Of a DNA stretch of 32,000 bases, positions 9,828 to 17,296 are shown in pieces; the stretch's first letter is position 1; each line of letters opens with the position of its first letter. The notes under the pieces were generated by a model. It saw only the letters and a list, made by a program, of their open reading frames with translations. It had not been told where the DNA came from and searched no databases. This DNA comes from Candidatus Heteroruminococcus faecigallinarum (lineage in GTDB: Bacteria > Bacillota > Clostridia > Oscillospirales > Ruminococcaceae), in contig CAJFKV010000014.1 of assembly GCA_904387055.1 (NCBI GenBank), forward strand, positions 10,135 through 42,134, given 5' to 3'. The translations under genes were made by a program, and so were the position numbers.

Positions 9828-10679
9828 ATGGCAAAGCTTTTAAAGGGTGCGGAGGTTACCGCCGCCCTCAACGAGAGAATCAAAGCGGACGTGGAAGACC
9901 TGAAGGCAAAGGGCGTCAACCCCACCCTGGCCATTGTCCGGGTGGGCGAGCGGCCCGACGATCTGTCCTATGAGCGGGGCGCCACCAAGCGGTGTGACAC
10001 CCTGGGGGTGGCGGTGGAGAAGGTTCTCCTCCCGGAGGATGTTACCCAGGAGGAACTGATGGCCGCCATCGACCGGGTCAACAACGACGACCGGATCCAC
10101 GGCGTGCTGATCTTCCGCCCCCTGCCCAAGCATCTGGACGACGAGGCGGTCCGCCGGGCCCTCAAGCCGGAGAAGGACATCGACGGCATTACCGACGGCT
10201 CCCTGGTGGGCGTCTTTGCCGGCACCAAGCAGGGCTTCCCCCCCTGCACTCCCCAGGCCTGTATGGAGATCCTGGACCACTACGGCATTGACCCCAAGGG
10301 CAAGCGGGCGGTGGTGATCGGCCGCAGCCTGGTGGTGGGAAAACCGGCCGCCATGATGCTGCTGGGCAAGCACGCCACCGTTACCGTCTGCCACACCCGC
10401 ACGGTGGATATGCCCGCCGTCTGCCGGGAGGCCGAGATCCTCATCGTGGCCGCCGGCCGGGCCGGCGTGGTGGGCAAGGAGTACTTTGCCCCCGGGCAGA
10501 TTGTCATCGACGTGGGCATCAATGTCAACGCCGAGGGCAAGCTGTGCGGCGATGTGAACTTTGAGGAGGCCGAGCCGGTGGTGGAGGCCATCACCCCCGT
10601 CCCCGGCGGCGTCGGCACCGTCACCACCTCGGTCCTGGTGGGCCACGTGGTGGAGGCTGCCAAGCGCACCTTGGCCTGA
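9828..10679 (+). CDS. folD: Bifunctional methylene-THF dehydrogenase / methenyl-THF cyclohydrolase
   Basis: 283 aa with the typical FolD motifs GRSLVVGKPAAMML and TPVPGGVGTVT. Confidence 0.95.
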   Translation: MAKLLKGAEVTAALNERIKADVEDLKAKGVNPTLAIVRVGERPDDLSYERGATKRCDTLGVAVEKVLLPEDVTQEELMAAIDRVNNDDRIHGVLIFRPLPKHLDDEAVRRALKPEKDIDGITDGSLVGVFAGTKQGFPPCTPQACMEILDHYGIDPKGKRAVVIGRSLVVGKPAAMMLLGKHATVTVCHTRTVDMPAVCREAEILIVAAGRAGVVGKEYFAPGQIVIDVGINVNAEGKLCGDVNFEEAEPVVEAITPVPGGVGTVTTSVLVGHVVEAAKRTLA

Positions 10680-10705
10680 TCCTTTTCAAAACCCCAAACG
10701 CAACC

Positions 10706-10747
10706 GCGTGCGGCCGCACCTTTGGCTTCCCCCAAGCGTGCGGCCGC
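10706..10747 (+). repeat. Direct repeat of GCGTGCGGCCGC (two copies, starts 30 nt apart); the first copy lies within a perfect 12 bp palindrome
   Basis: The copies are at 10706-10717 and 10736-10747. GTGCGGCCGCAC (10708-10719) is self-complementary. The repeat lies in the 90 nt gap between folD and the FNT gene. Confidence 0.6.
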
Positions 10748-10769
10748 TTTCTTTAGGAGATGAAACGAG

Positions 10770-11591
10770 ATGAACGTCTTTACCCCTGCTGAGTTTACAG
10801 CAAATTATTCGGCCGCCGGCCAGAAGAAGACGGTGAACTCCACCGGCAAGCTCTTCTTCCTGGCCATCCTGGCGGGCGCCCTCATTGCCTTTGCGGCGGT
10901 CTTTTCCAGCACCGCTGCCCACAACCTGGAGACCGCCGGCGCCACCCGGATGGTGAGCGGCCTGCTCTTCGCCTTCGGGCTGGGGATCGTGGTCATCACC
11001 GGCGCCGAGCTCTTTACCGGCAACTGCCTGATCTCCATCTCGGTGCTGGACAAGAAGGCCACCCTGGGCGGGATGATCCGCAACCTGGTCATTGTGTACA
11101 TCGGCAACTTTGTGGGTTCCCTGCTGGTTGCCTTCGCCTGTGCCAACTGCGGCCAGTTCAACTACTCGGACAATGGCCTGGCCGTCTATACCATCAAGCT
11201 GGCCATCGGCAAGTGCACCCTCACCTTCGGCAACGCCGTGGTGCTGGGCATCCTGTGCAACGTGCTGGTCTGCCTGGGCGTGCTGGTGAGCCTGGCCGCC
11301 AAGGACATTCCCGGCCGGATCATGGGCGCCTATGTTCCGGTGGCGATCTTCGTCATCGCCGGCTTTGAACACTCGATTGCCAATATGTACTACGTTCCCG
11401 CCGGTCTCTTTGCGGCGATGAATCCCACCTACGCCCAGGCGGCGGTCGACGCAGGCCTCAACATGGCCGCCCTCACCTGGGGCAACTTCTTCGTCCACAA
11501 CCTGATCCCCGTCACCATCGGCAACATCATCGGCGGCGTGGCGGTGGGCGCCCTCATGTGTTACGCCAACCTGTACCAGGGCAAAAAGTAA
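10770..11591 (+). CDS. Formate/nitrite transporter (FNT) family channel, probably a formate transporter
   Basis: 273 aa polytopic protein carrying the FNT signature AGFEHSIANMYY. An SD (TAGGAGA) lies upstream, and it is the last gene before terminator 11608-11632. Confidence 0.85.
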   Translation: MNVFTPAEFTANYSAAGQKKTVNSTGKLFFLAILAGALIAFAAVFSSTAAHNLETAGATRMVSGLLFAFGLGIVVITGAELFTGNCLISISVLDKKATLGGMIRNLVIVYIGNFVGSLLVAFACANCGQFNYSDNGLAVYTIKLAIGKCTLTFGNAVVLGILCNVLVCLGVLVSLAAKDIPGRIMGAYVPVAIFVIAGFEHSIANMYYVPAGLFAAMNPTYAQAAVDAGLNMAALTWGNFFVHNLIPVTIGNIIGGVAVGALMCYANLYQGKK

Positions 11592-11607
11592 TCCCATCCT
11601 TCAAAAA

Positions 11608-11632
11608 GGGCGGCCATTGGCCGCCCTTTTTC
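11608..11632 (+). terminator. Rho-independent terminator after the FNT gene
   Basis: The hairpin GGGCGGC(C)-ATT-(G)GCCGCCC is followed by TTTTT and preceded by AAAAA. Confidence 0.6.
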
Positions 11633-11654
11633 CCGTTTGTTCACAAAAAATCCG

Positions 11655-11683
11655 TTGCGCGCGGCCGGTTTCTGTATTATACT
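11655..11683 (+). promoter_or_regulatory. Promoter candidate for the ubiquitin-like protein gene
   Basis: TTGCGC is followed by a 17 nt spacer and TATACT. Confidence 0.35.
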
Positions 11684-11723
11684 GAAACCAGCGAGTTGCA
11701 ACCCATCGACAGGAGGGATTCTG

Positions 11724-12326
11724 ATGAAACGTTTGGCAGGGCTGGTGCTGGCTCTGATGATGCTCTTTTCCCTGACGGCTGCCGCATCGGACGACGGCTC
11801 CATCGCGGTGACGGTGCGGATGCCCACCGGCCAGGACCTGGTGCTTCACGTCCTCCCCGGGACCGACACCAAGGACCTGATCGACCTGGTGGCCGAGGCG
11901 GAGGACCTGGACCCGGCCCCCATGCGCCTGCTGTACGGCACCCGCCTTCTGGAGGAGGACGACACCGTGTACAGCCGGGGGATGAAGGAGGGGGACACCC
12001 TCTATCTGTTGATGGAATACCCCTGGGAGGCCCGGTACGACGACCGGTACGACGAGGACGAGGAGCACGCCCTGTGGGTAGACACCCTGGCGGAGATTGA
12101 AAACGCCCAGCCGGGGGACCTTCTCCAGGTAAAGATCGGCACCTACGACACCGTTCCCTACTACATTCTGGAGGGGCTGGCCGGCCGGGGAATCTCCCTG
12201 GAACTGCTTCCCCTTCCCCGCTGGGGCGAGCCTCTTACCCTCAGGAGCGACGACATCCGTCTCTCCCAGGATGGCAAGCTCACCTACTCCCTGGAGGAGC
12301 TGCGGGAGCTGTATGGGGAAGCCTAA
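11724..12326 (+). CDS. Secreted hypothetical protein with an N-terminal ubiquitin-like (beta-grasp) domain
   Basis: I prefer the ATG at 11724, which has an SD (AGGAGGG at 11711-11717). The N-terminus is a signal peptide (MKRLAGLVLALMMLFSLTAAA/SDD). Residues about 27-98 align without gaps to ubiquitin. The gene is flanked by its own promoter candidate and by terminators on both sides. Confidence 0.6.
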   Translation: MKRLAGLVLALMMLFSLTAAASDDGSIAVTVRMPTGQDLVLHVLPGTDTKDLIDLVAEAEDLDPAPMRLLYGTRLLEEDDTVYSRGMKEGDTLYLLMEYPWEARYDDRYDEDEEHALWVDTLAEIENAQPGDLLQVKIGTYDTVPYYILEGLAGRGISLELLPLPRWGEPLTLRSDDIRLSQDGKLTYSLEELRELYGEA

Positions 12327-12347
12327 ACCACCAGTTTTCCAAAGACA

Positions 12348-12377
12348 ACGGGCAGCCGGATAGGCTGCCCGTTTTTG
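12348..12377 (+). terminator. Rho-independent terminator after the ubiquitin-like protein gene
   Basis: The arms ACGGGCAGCC and GGCTGCCCGT flank the loop GGATA, and TTTTT follows. Confidence 0.65.
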
Positions 12378-12409
12378 CGGGGGAGGCCCTGTCCTTCCCC
12401 GCCTGTTTG

Positions 12410-12418
12410 TGCTATAAT
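12410..12418 (+). promoter_or_regulatory. Extended -10 element (TGcTATAAT) upstream of the ProX-like operon
   Basis: The extended -10 consensus lies 57 nt upstream of the ATG at 12475. The -35 element is weak. Confidence 0.4.
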
Positions 12419-12474
12419 AAGGGGGTTGTGTGGCCCTGCCCGGCCGCGGCAATCGAACCAAAGGAGGCCTTCCC

Positions 12475-12966
12475 ATGTCCACCCCTCAGCAGCTGGTGGA
12501 GGAAACCCTCAGCCGGCTCCAGATCCCCTATACCCTGGTGGAACATCCCGCCGTCTATACCATGGAGGAGATCCAGCGTCTTTCCTTCCCCGGCCGGGAA
12601 AAGGCCGTGAAGAACCTGTTCCTGCGGGACGACAAAAAGCGCAACTACTACCTGGTGGTGCTTCCGGGGCAAAAAACCGCCGACCTGAAGCGGCTCCAGG
12701 AGCAGATCCCCAGCCGGAAGCTCAGCTTCGCCAGCGAGGCCGACCTGGCCGCCCGCCTGGGGCTCCTCAAGGGGTCGGTCACCCCCCTGGGCATCCTCAA
12801 CGACCGGGAGCACACCGTCCAGGTGGTGCTGGACCGGCAGCTGCTGGAGGAAACGGAGATCGGCATCCATCCCAACCGGAACGACGCCACCCTCCTCCTC
12901 GCCCCCGGCGATCTGGTGCGTGTGATCCGGGACCAGGGCAACCCCCTGGTCCTGGTGGACCTGTGA
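12475..12966 (+). CDS. YbaK/ProX-type aminoacyl-tRNA deacylase domain protein (prolyl-tRNA synthetase-associated domain)
   Basis: 163 aa counted from the ATG at 12475, which has an SD (AAGGAGG at 12461-12467). The sequence (VEHPAVYTMEE...KNLFLRD...GSVTPLG) is typical of the ProX/PrdX family. Confidence 0.8.
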   Translation: MSTPQQLVEETLSRLQIPYTLVEHPAVYTMEEIQRLSFPGREKAVKNLFLRDDKKRNYYLVVLPGQKTADLKRLQEQIPSRKLSFASEADLAARLGLLKGSVTPLGILNDREHTVQVVLDRQLLEETEIGIHPNRNDATLLLAPGDLVRVIRDQGNPLVLVDL

Positions 12967-13006
12967 GGGCGGGGCAGTCCCTCCCCGGCGGAAGGGAGGG
13001 AACCGT

Positions 13007-13927
13007 ATGCGCCATGTAATCCCCCCCTCCGCCCCCGGGGAGGAGGCCCTGGGGGAGCCTCTCCGCCGCCAATGCGACCAGGTGGGCTGGGCGATCCTTG
13101 GGTACCTGGCCCTCACCTTTCTGTCCCTCCTCCTCTTCCCGCCGGCGGGGAATCGGTCGGCAGCACGGGAGCTCTTCTCCACCCTTTTGTCCGCCGGCTG
13201 CCTTCTTCTTCCCTACTGGCTCCTGGGGCGGCGGGCGCCTCTTCCTCTGGGGAAGCCCCGCCCCGGCGCCACCGTCCCCACCCTGCTGGCGGGGATGGCG
13301 GTGGCCTCCCTGGGCAGCCTTCTTTCTTCCCTGCTCCAGCTGATCATGGGCCGGGCCGGTTGGGAGCTGGAGGAGGTGCAGCCGTCCTTCTCCCAAAATC
13401 CCCTCCTGAACCTGGTGATCCTCCTGGGGATGACCCTCTGTGCCGCCCTGGCGGAGGAAATCGCCTTCCGGGGGTTTCTCCTGGGGTTCCTCCGCCGGTG
13501 GGGAGACGGGTTTGCCATTGTGCTGTCGGCCGTTGTGTTCGCCTTCAGCCATTCCACCCTTCTCCAGGCCCTTCCCGCCTTCCTCAGCGGGCTGGCCTTT
13601 GGGTATTTTACCCTCGTCTCCCGCTCCCTGTGGCCGTCGGTGGCGGCCCACCTGTGCTACAACGGCCTGGCCATCGCCGTGAACCAGCTGTCCCAAGCCC
13701 TGGGAGGAAAGGCGGGGACGGTCTTCGGCCTGCTGTGGGCCCTCCTGCTCCTGGCCGGGGGCGGGGTTTCCCTGGCCCTCTGCCGCCGGCGCCGGCTGGC
13801 GGTTTCCCTTTCCCGGGGGGCGCCTCCCCTCTCCCCGCGGGAAAAAACCGGGGCGGTTCTCGCCTCCCCGGTGCTGATGATGGCCTTCCTCTGCCTGCTG
13901 GTCAACCTGGCGGGCAGCATCTCCTAA
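13007..13927 (+). CDS. CPBP-family intramembrane glutamic endopeptidase (Abi / CAAX-protease-like)
   Basis: Polytopic membrane protein with the three CPBP motifs EEIAFRG, FAFSH and AAHLCYN. Confidence 0.8.
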   Translation: MRHVIPPSAPGEEALGEPLRRQCDQVGWAILGYLALTFLSLLLFPPAGNRSAARELFSTLLSAGCLLLPYWLLGRRAPLPLGKPRPGATVPTLLAGMAVASLGSLLSSLLQLIMGRAGWELEEVQPSFSQNPLLNLVILLGMTLCAALAEEIAFRGFLLGFLRRWGDGFAIVLSAVVFAFSHSTLLQALPAFLSGLAFGYFTLVSRSLWPSVAAHLCYNGLAIAVNQLSQALGGKAGTVFGLLWALLLLAGGGVSLALCRRRRLAVSLSRGAPPLSPREKTGAVLASPVLMMAFLCLLVNLAGSIS

Positions 13928-13964
13928 CCGTTGTGTATTGTTTTTGAAAGGATGATCTTTCCCC

Positions 13965-14867
13965 ATGCAGCAAAAATCCGTCAACCTCCTGGCCCGGCTG
14001 GCCCTCTTTGGGGCGGCGTTCATCTGGGGCACCTCCTTCATCGTGGTGAAGAACACGGTGGATGTCTTTACCCCCAACATTCTGCTGGCCTTCCGCTTCA
14101 CCATCGGCTGCCTGATCCTGGCCGTGGTCTTCCACAAGCGGCTGAAGGCCCTGAACCTGGACTTCCTGAAAAAGGGCTGTCTTACCGGTATCATGCTCTA
14201 CCTGGCCTACAGCGTCCAGACCATCGGCATCACCGACACCACCCCCGGCAAGAACGCCTTCCTCACCGCCGTCTACTGTGTGCTGGTCCCCTTCTTCTTC
14301 TGGGCCGTGGACAAAACCCGCCCGGACCTCTTCCACTTTGCCGCCGCCTTCCTGTGCATCGTCGGCATCGGCCTGGTGACCCTGGACGGGGACCTGTCCA
14401 TCCGGATGGGGGATGCCCTCACCCTGCTCAGCGGTATCTTTTACGCCTGCCATGTGGTGGCCATCGCCAAGCTGGGCCGGGGCAAGGATCCGGTGGTTTT
14501 CACCATCCTTCAGTTTGCCACGGCGGCCGTCTGTTCCTGGGTAGTGGGGCTGGCCACCGAGTCGCTCCCCACCCAGGTAACTGTCGAAACGGTGGGCGGC
14601 CTGCTTTTCCTGGCGGTCTTTGCCACCGCCGGCTCCCTTCTTCTCCAGAACGTGGGCCAGCGGTACACCGATCCCACCGCCGCCTCGATCCTCCTCAGCC
14701 TGGAGGCCCCCTTTGGGGTGCTGTTCTCGGCCCTCTTTTATGGGGAGGAGCTGAGTGCCCGGCTCCTCATCGGCTTTGCCTTCATCTTTGTGGCGATCCT
14801 CACCTCCGAGACCAAGCTCTCCTTCCTCACCAAGCTCCTGCCGGGGCGGGCCGCCAAGGAGGGATAG
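13965..14867 (+). CDS. DMT-superfamily transporter (two EamA domains)
   Basis: 300 aa with about 10 predicted TM segments. The N-terminus (AAFIWGTSFIVVK) is typical of EamA proteins. Confidence 0.85.
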   Translation: MQQKSVNLLARLALFGAAFIWGTSFIVVKNTVDVFTPNILLAFRFTIGCLILAVVFHKRLKALNLDFLKKGCLTGIMLYLAYSVQTIGITDTTPGKNAFLTAVYCVLVPFFFWAVDKTRPDLFHFAAAFLCIVGIGLVTLDGDLSIRMGDALTLLSGIFYACHVVAIAKLGRGKDPVVFTILQFATAAVCSWVVGLATESLPTQVTVETVGGLLFLAVFATAGSLLLQNVGQRYTDPTAASILLSLEAPFGVLFSALFYGEELSARLLIGFAFIFVAILTSETKLSFLTKLLPGRAAKEG

Positions 14868-14868
14868 C

Positions 14869-15339
14869 ATGGAAGCAACCCACGAGGCCTTTATGGCCAT
14901 CGCCCTGGAGGAGGCCCGTGCCGCTGCCCAGGCGGGGGATGTGCCGGTGGGCGCGATCATCGTCCGGGACGGGCAGGTCATCGCCCGGGGGCGGAACCTC
15001 CGGGAGGTGGAGAAGAACGCCCTCTGCCACGCGGAGACGGTGGCCATCCACCGGGCCTGCCAGGCCCTGGGGGGATGGCGGCTGCCGGGCTGTTCCCTCT
15101 ATGTCACCCTGGAGCCCTGCCCCATGTGTGCCGGGGCGATCATCAATGCCCGGGTGGAGCAGGTGATCTTCGGCGCCAGCGACCCCAAGGCCGGGTGTTG
15201 CGGCTCGGTTGTGGACCTGTTTTCCCTCCCTTTCAACCATCATCCACAGGTAATTGGCGGAATTCTCCACCAGGAGTGTGCCGGGCTGTTGAAAGACTTC
15301 TTTGCTCAGCGCCGCCGGCCAAAGAAGGACAACCGGTGA
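14869..15339 (+). CDS. tadA: tRNA adenosine(34) deaminase
   Basis: It has the CDA zinc motifs CHAE and PCPMCAGA. The ATG at 14869 lies 1 nt after the EamA stop, so I reject the longer ORF-track start at 14755. Confidence 0.9.
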   Translation: MEATHEAFMAIALEEARAAAQAGDVPVGAIIVRDGQVIARGRNLREVEKNALCHAETVAIHRACQALGGWRLPGCSLYVTLEPCPMCAGAIINARVEQVIFGASDPKAGCCGSVVDLFSLPFNHHPQVIGGILHQECAGLLKDFFAQRRRPKKDNR

Positions 15340-15353
15340 TCCCACCCCAGTTT

Positions 15354-15378
15354 CCCCGCCGGCAGGGCGGGGCTTTTC
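15354..15378 (+). terminator. Candidate terminator after tadA
   Basis: The arms CCCCGCC and GGCGGGG flank the loop GGCAG, and CTTTTCC follows. Confidence 0.45.
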
Positions 15379-15418
15379 CACCCTTTCCCCGGGTTTCCCA
15401 CGGGCTTTCTCCCCTTCG

Positions 15419-15448
15419 TGTGGAAAACCCTGTGGAAAATGTGGAAAA
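15419..15448 (+). promoter_or_regulatory. Three same-orientation DnaA-box-like 9-mers (TGTGGAAAA, the complement of TTTTCCACA)
   Basis: The copies are at 15419-15427, 15431-15439 and 15440-15448. Each fits the relaxed DnaA box TTWTNCACA. They lie in the tadA/SBP convergent gap. Confidence 0.4.
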
Positions 15449-15520
15449 CAGCTATATTTTACCCAATCTATACCGTCCGTTGAAGGAATCTTTTCCATCG
15501 TTTCCTTTTGTCAAACAAAC

Positions 15521-15558
15521 CAAGGGCCGTCCCCCGCTTTTATGGGGAACGGCCCTTG
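15521..15558 (-). terminator. Candidate terminator for the SBP gene
   Basis: The hairpin pairs CAAGGGCCGTCCCC with GGGGAACGGCCCTTG, with one bulge. On the minus strand GTTTGTTTG follows it. Confidence 0.5.
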
Positions 15559-15574
15559 CTGCTGCCGGGGGGAT

Positions 15575-17191
15575 TCATCCCTCCCGGGTGGCGCGGTAGA
15601 ACAGAATCTGGTTGTAATGGGGGGAAACGATCAGCCCCTCCACCGACCGGGCAACGGCAAAGTAACTGGTCTGCTGGTAGATGGGACAGACCACCACCTC
15701 CGACAGGAGCAGGTCCTCCGCCCGGGCATAGGCGCTGGCGGCCTCCTCCACCTGGGCGGCAAACCGGGCCTGATCCAGCAGCCGGTCGTACTCGCCGGAC
15801 TGGTACCCGCAGACGTTGCGGCCGCTCTGGCTGTGGTAGGCCTCCAGCGTCCCCTCCGCAGTGGGGCTCTTGGTGGAGAGGGTGGTGAGGGCAAGGTCGT
15901 ACTCTCCCCCCTGGAGCCGCTGGGCAAATTCCTCCGCCTCCAGCCGCTCCACGTCCACTCCCAGGGAGAGGGCACTCTGCCACATCTGCTGCAGATAGGG
16001 GGCGGCCTCGGCCGCCGGGCTGTCCTGGGGCACGATGAGGACCAGCGTGGGGGATTCCTCCAGCCCCAGGTCGTCCAGCGCCTGGTAGAGCAACTCCCGG
16101 GCGGCGGTAGGGTTGTAGACCCACTGAAGGGCGGCGCCCGCCAGATCCCGGTAGCTCTGGTCCCCCACCAGGGCGGTGAGGGGGACTACCCCGTCGGTGA
16201 GGGCAAAGCCCACCCCCGGCAGGCCGGCCAGCTGGCTCTTGTCCACCGCCCCCTGGAGGGCGCTGCGGATCCGCTGGTCCGCCAGTTCCTCCCGTCGCTG
16301 GTTAAACACCAGCCCCCACACGGTATCGTCGTATCCCTGGCAGAGGAACCCGGCATCCACCATGGTCTGGAGGTTCTCGGCGGTGACAGGGCCGCAGTCG
16401 GTGGCGCCGTCCAGCATCATCTGGACCCGGTCCCGGCCAATGTACAGGGCCGCCAGATCCATGGTCACTGTCTGGGGGCTGTGGTACTGGGGGTTGGGCA
16501 CCAGGGAAATGCGGCTGGTATTGTCCCAGGAGGACACCATCATCGGCCCGCAGGAGAGGATGGTGGACCGGTCCATGCCATACCGGCCCCGCGTCTCCTC
16601 AAAGAACTGCTCGTTGCAGGGCGCCGCTGCCGGATTTGCCAGGCTATCCAGGAAAAATTCCGAGGGTTCCTCCAGGCGGATGACCAGGGTCCGGTCGTCC
16701 ACCGCCTCCACCCCCAGGGTTTCCACCGGCTGGCTCCCCGCCTGGATGGCCGCCGCCCCCTGGATTACCCGGTAATCTCCCCCGTAGGCGGACCCGCCCG
16801 AGGGGTCCATCATCCGCCGGAAGGCAAAGACAAAATCGCTGGCAGTGAGAGGGAGGGTCACCTCTTCCCCTGCCTCGTTTTCATAGACGGACCAGGTAAG
16901 CCCTTCCCGCAGGGTGAAGGTGTAGACCAATCCATCCTCCGAAAGGGTGTAGCTTTCGGCCAGGCCCGGCTCCAGTTTCCCCTCCTCTCCCCGGCGGAAC
17001 AGGCCCTCCATGGTATTGGCCAGGATGAGCCAGGCGTCCTCCTCCTGGGTAAACTGGGGGTCCAGGCTGTCCACCGGGCCGTCCAGATCGTATCGTATTG
17101 TCTGCCGGCTGCCGCCACACCCTGCCAAGAGCAAGACCAGGCTCAGGGAAAGCAGAAAGGCCAGCAGCTGTATGTACCGCCGCACAGGCAT
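15575..17191 (-). CDS. ABC-transporter substrate-binding lipoprotein, family 5 (peptide/nickel type)
   Basis: 538 aa with a lipobox (LLLAGCGG). The sequence is SBP_bac_5-like throughout, and an SD (AAAGGAG) precedes the start. No permease or ATPase genes are adjacent. Confidence 0.85.
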   Translation of the reverse strand: MPVRRYIQLLAFLLSLSLVLLLAGCGGSRQTIRYDLDGPVDSLDPQFTQEEDAWLILANTMEGLFRRGEEGKLEPGLAESYTLSEDGLVYTFTLREGLTWSVYENEAGEEVTLPLTASDFVFAFRRMMDPSGGSAYGGDYRVIQGAAAIQAGSQPVETLGVEAVDDRTLVIRLEEPSEFFLDSLANPAAAPCNEQFFEETRGRYGMDRSTILSCGPMMVSSWDNTSRISLVPNPQYHSPQTVTMDLAALYIGRDRVQMMLDGATDCGPVTAENLQTMVDAGFLCQGYDDTVWGLVFNQRREELADQRIRSALQGAVDKSQLAGLPGVGFALTDGVVPLTALVGDQSYRDLAGAALQWVYNPTAARELLYQALDDLGLEESPTLVLIVPQDSPAAEAAPYLQQMWQSALSLGVDVERLEAEEFAQRLQGGEYDLALTTLSTKSPTAEGTLEAYHSQSGRNVCGYQSGEYDRLLDQARFAAQVEEAASAYARAEDLLLSEVVVCPIYQQTSYFAVARSVEGLIVSPHYNQILFYRATREG

Positions 17192-17296
17192 ACGCTCCTT
17201 TATGGAATCAACGGGACCGCTGTGGTTCTGGACGCCCTGCCGAAACCCGGCTTTTTATTCCACTGGGGTCGTCCAGCTTGTCGCTTTTCTGAAAAC

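Noticed and set aside
14755-15339. N-terminally extended ORF-track starts for several genes: tadA at 14755, prmC at 26738, the response regulator at 23748, the ubiquitin-like protein at 11637, ProX at 12430, the lipoprotein at 22448, yitT at 31053, cobO at 20735 and the phosphatase at 21423.
   Set aside because: The extensions overlap upstream genes or intergenic terminators and translate to low-complexity sequence. Internal ATG codons preceded by good SD sequences coincide with the N-termini typical of each family.
15340-15574. A possible SRP (4.5S/scRNA) gene downstream of tadA, as found in Bacillus, where scr follows tadA.
   Set aside because: I could find no domain IV-like conserved motif and no long helical structure. 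The gap contains only two terminator hairpins and the DnaA-box-like triplet.
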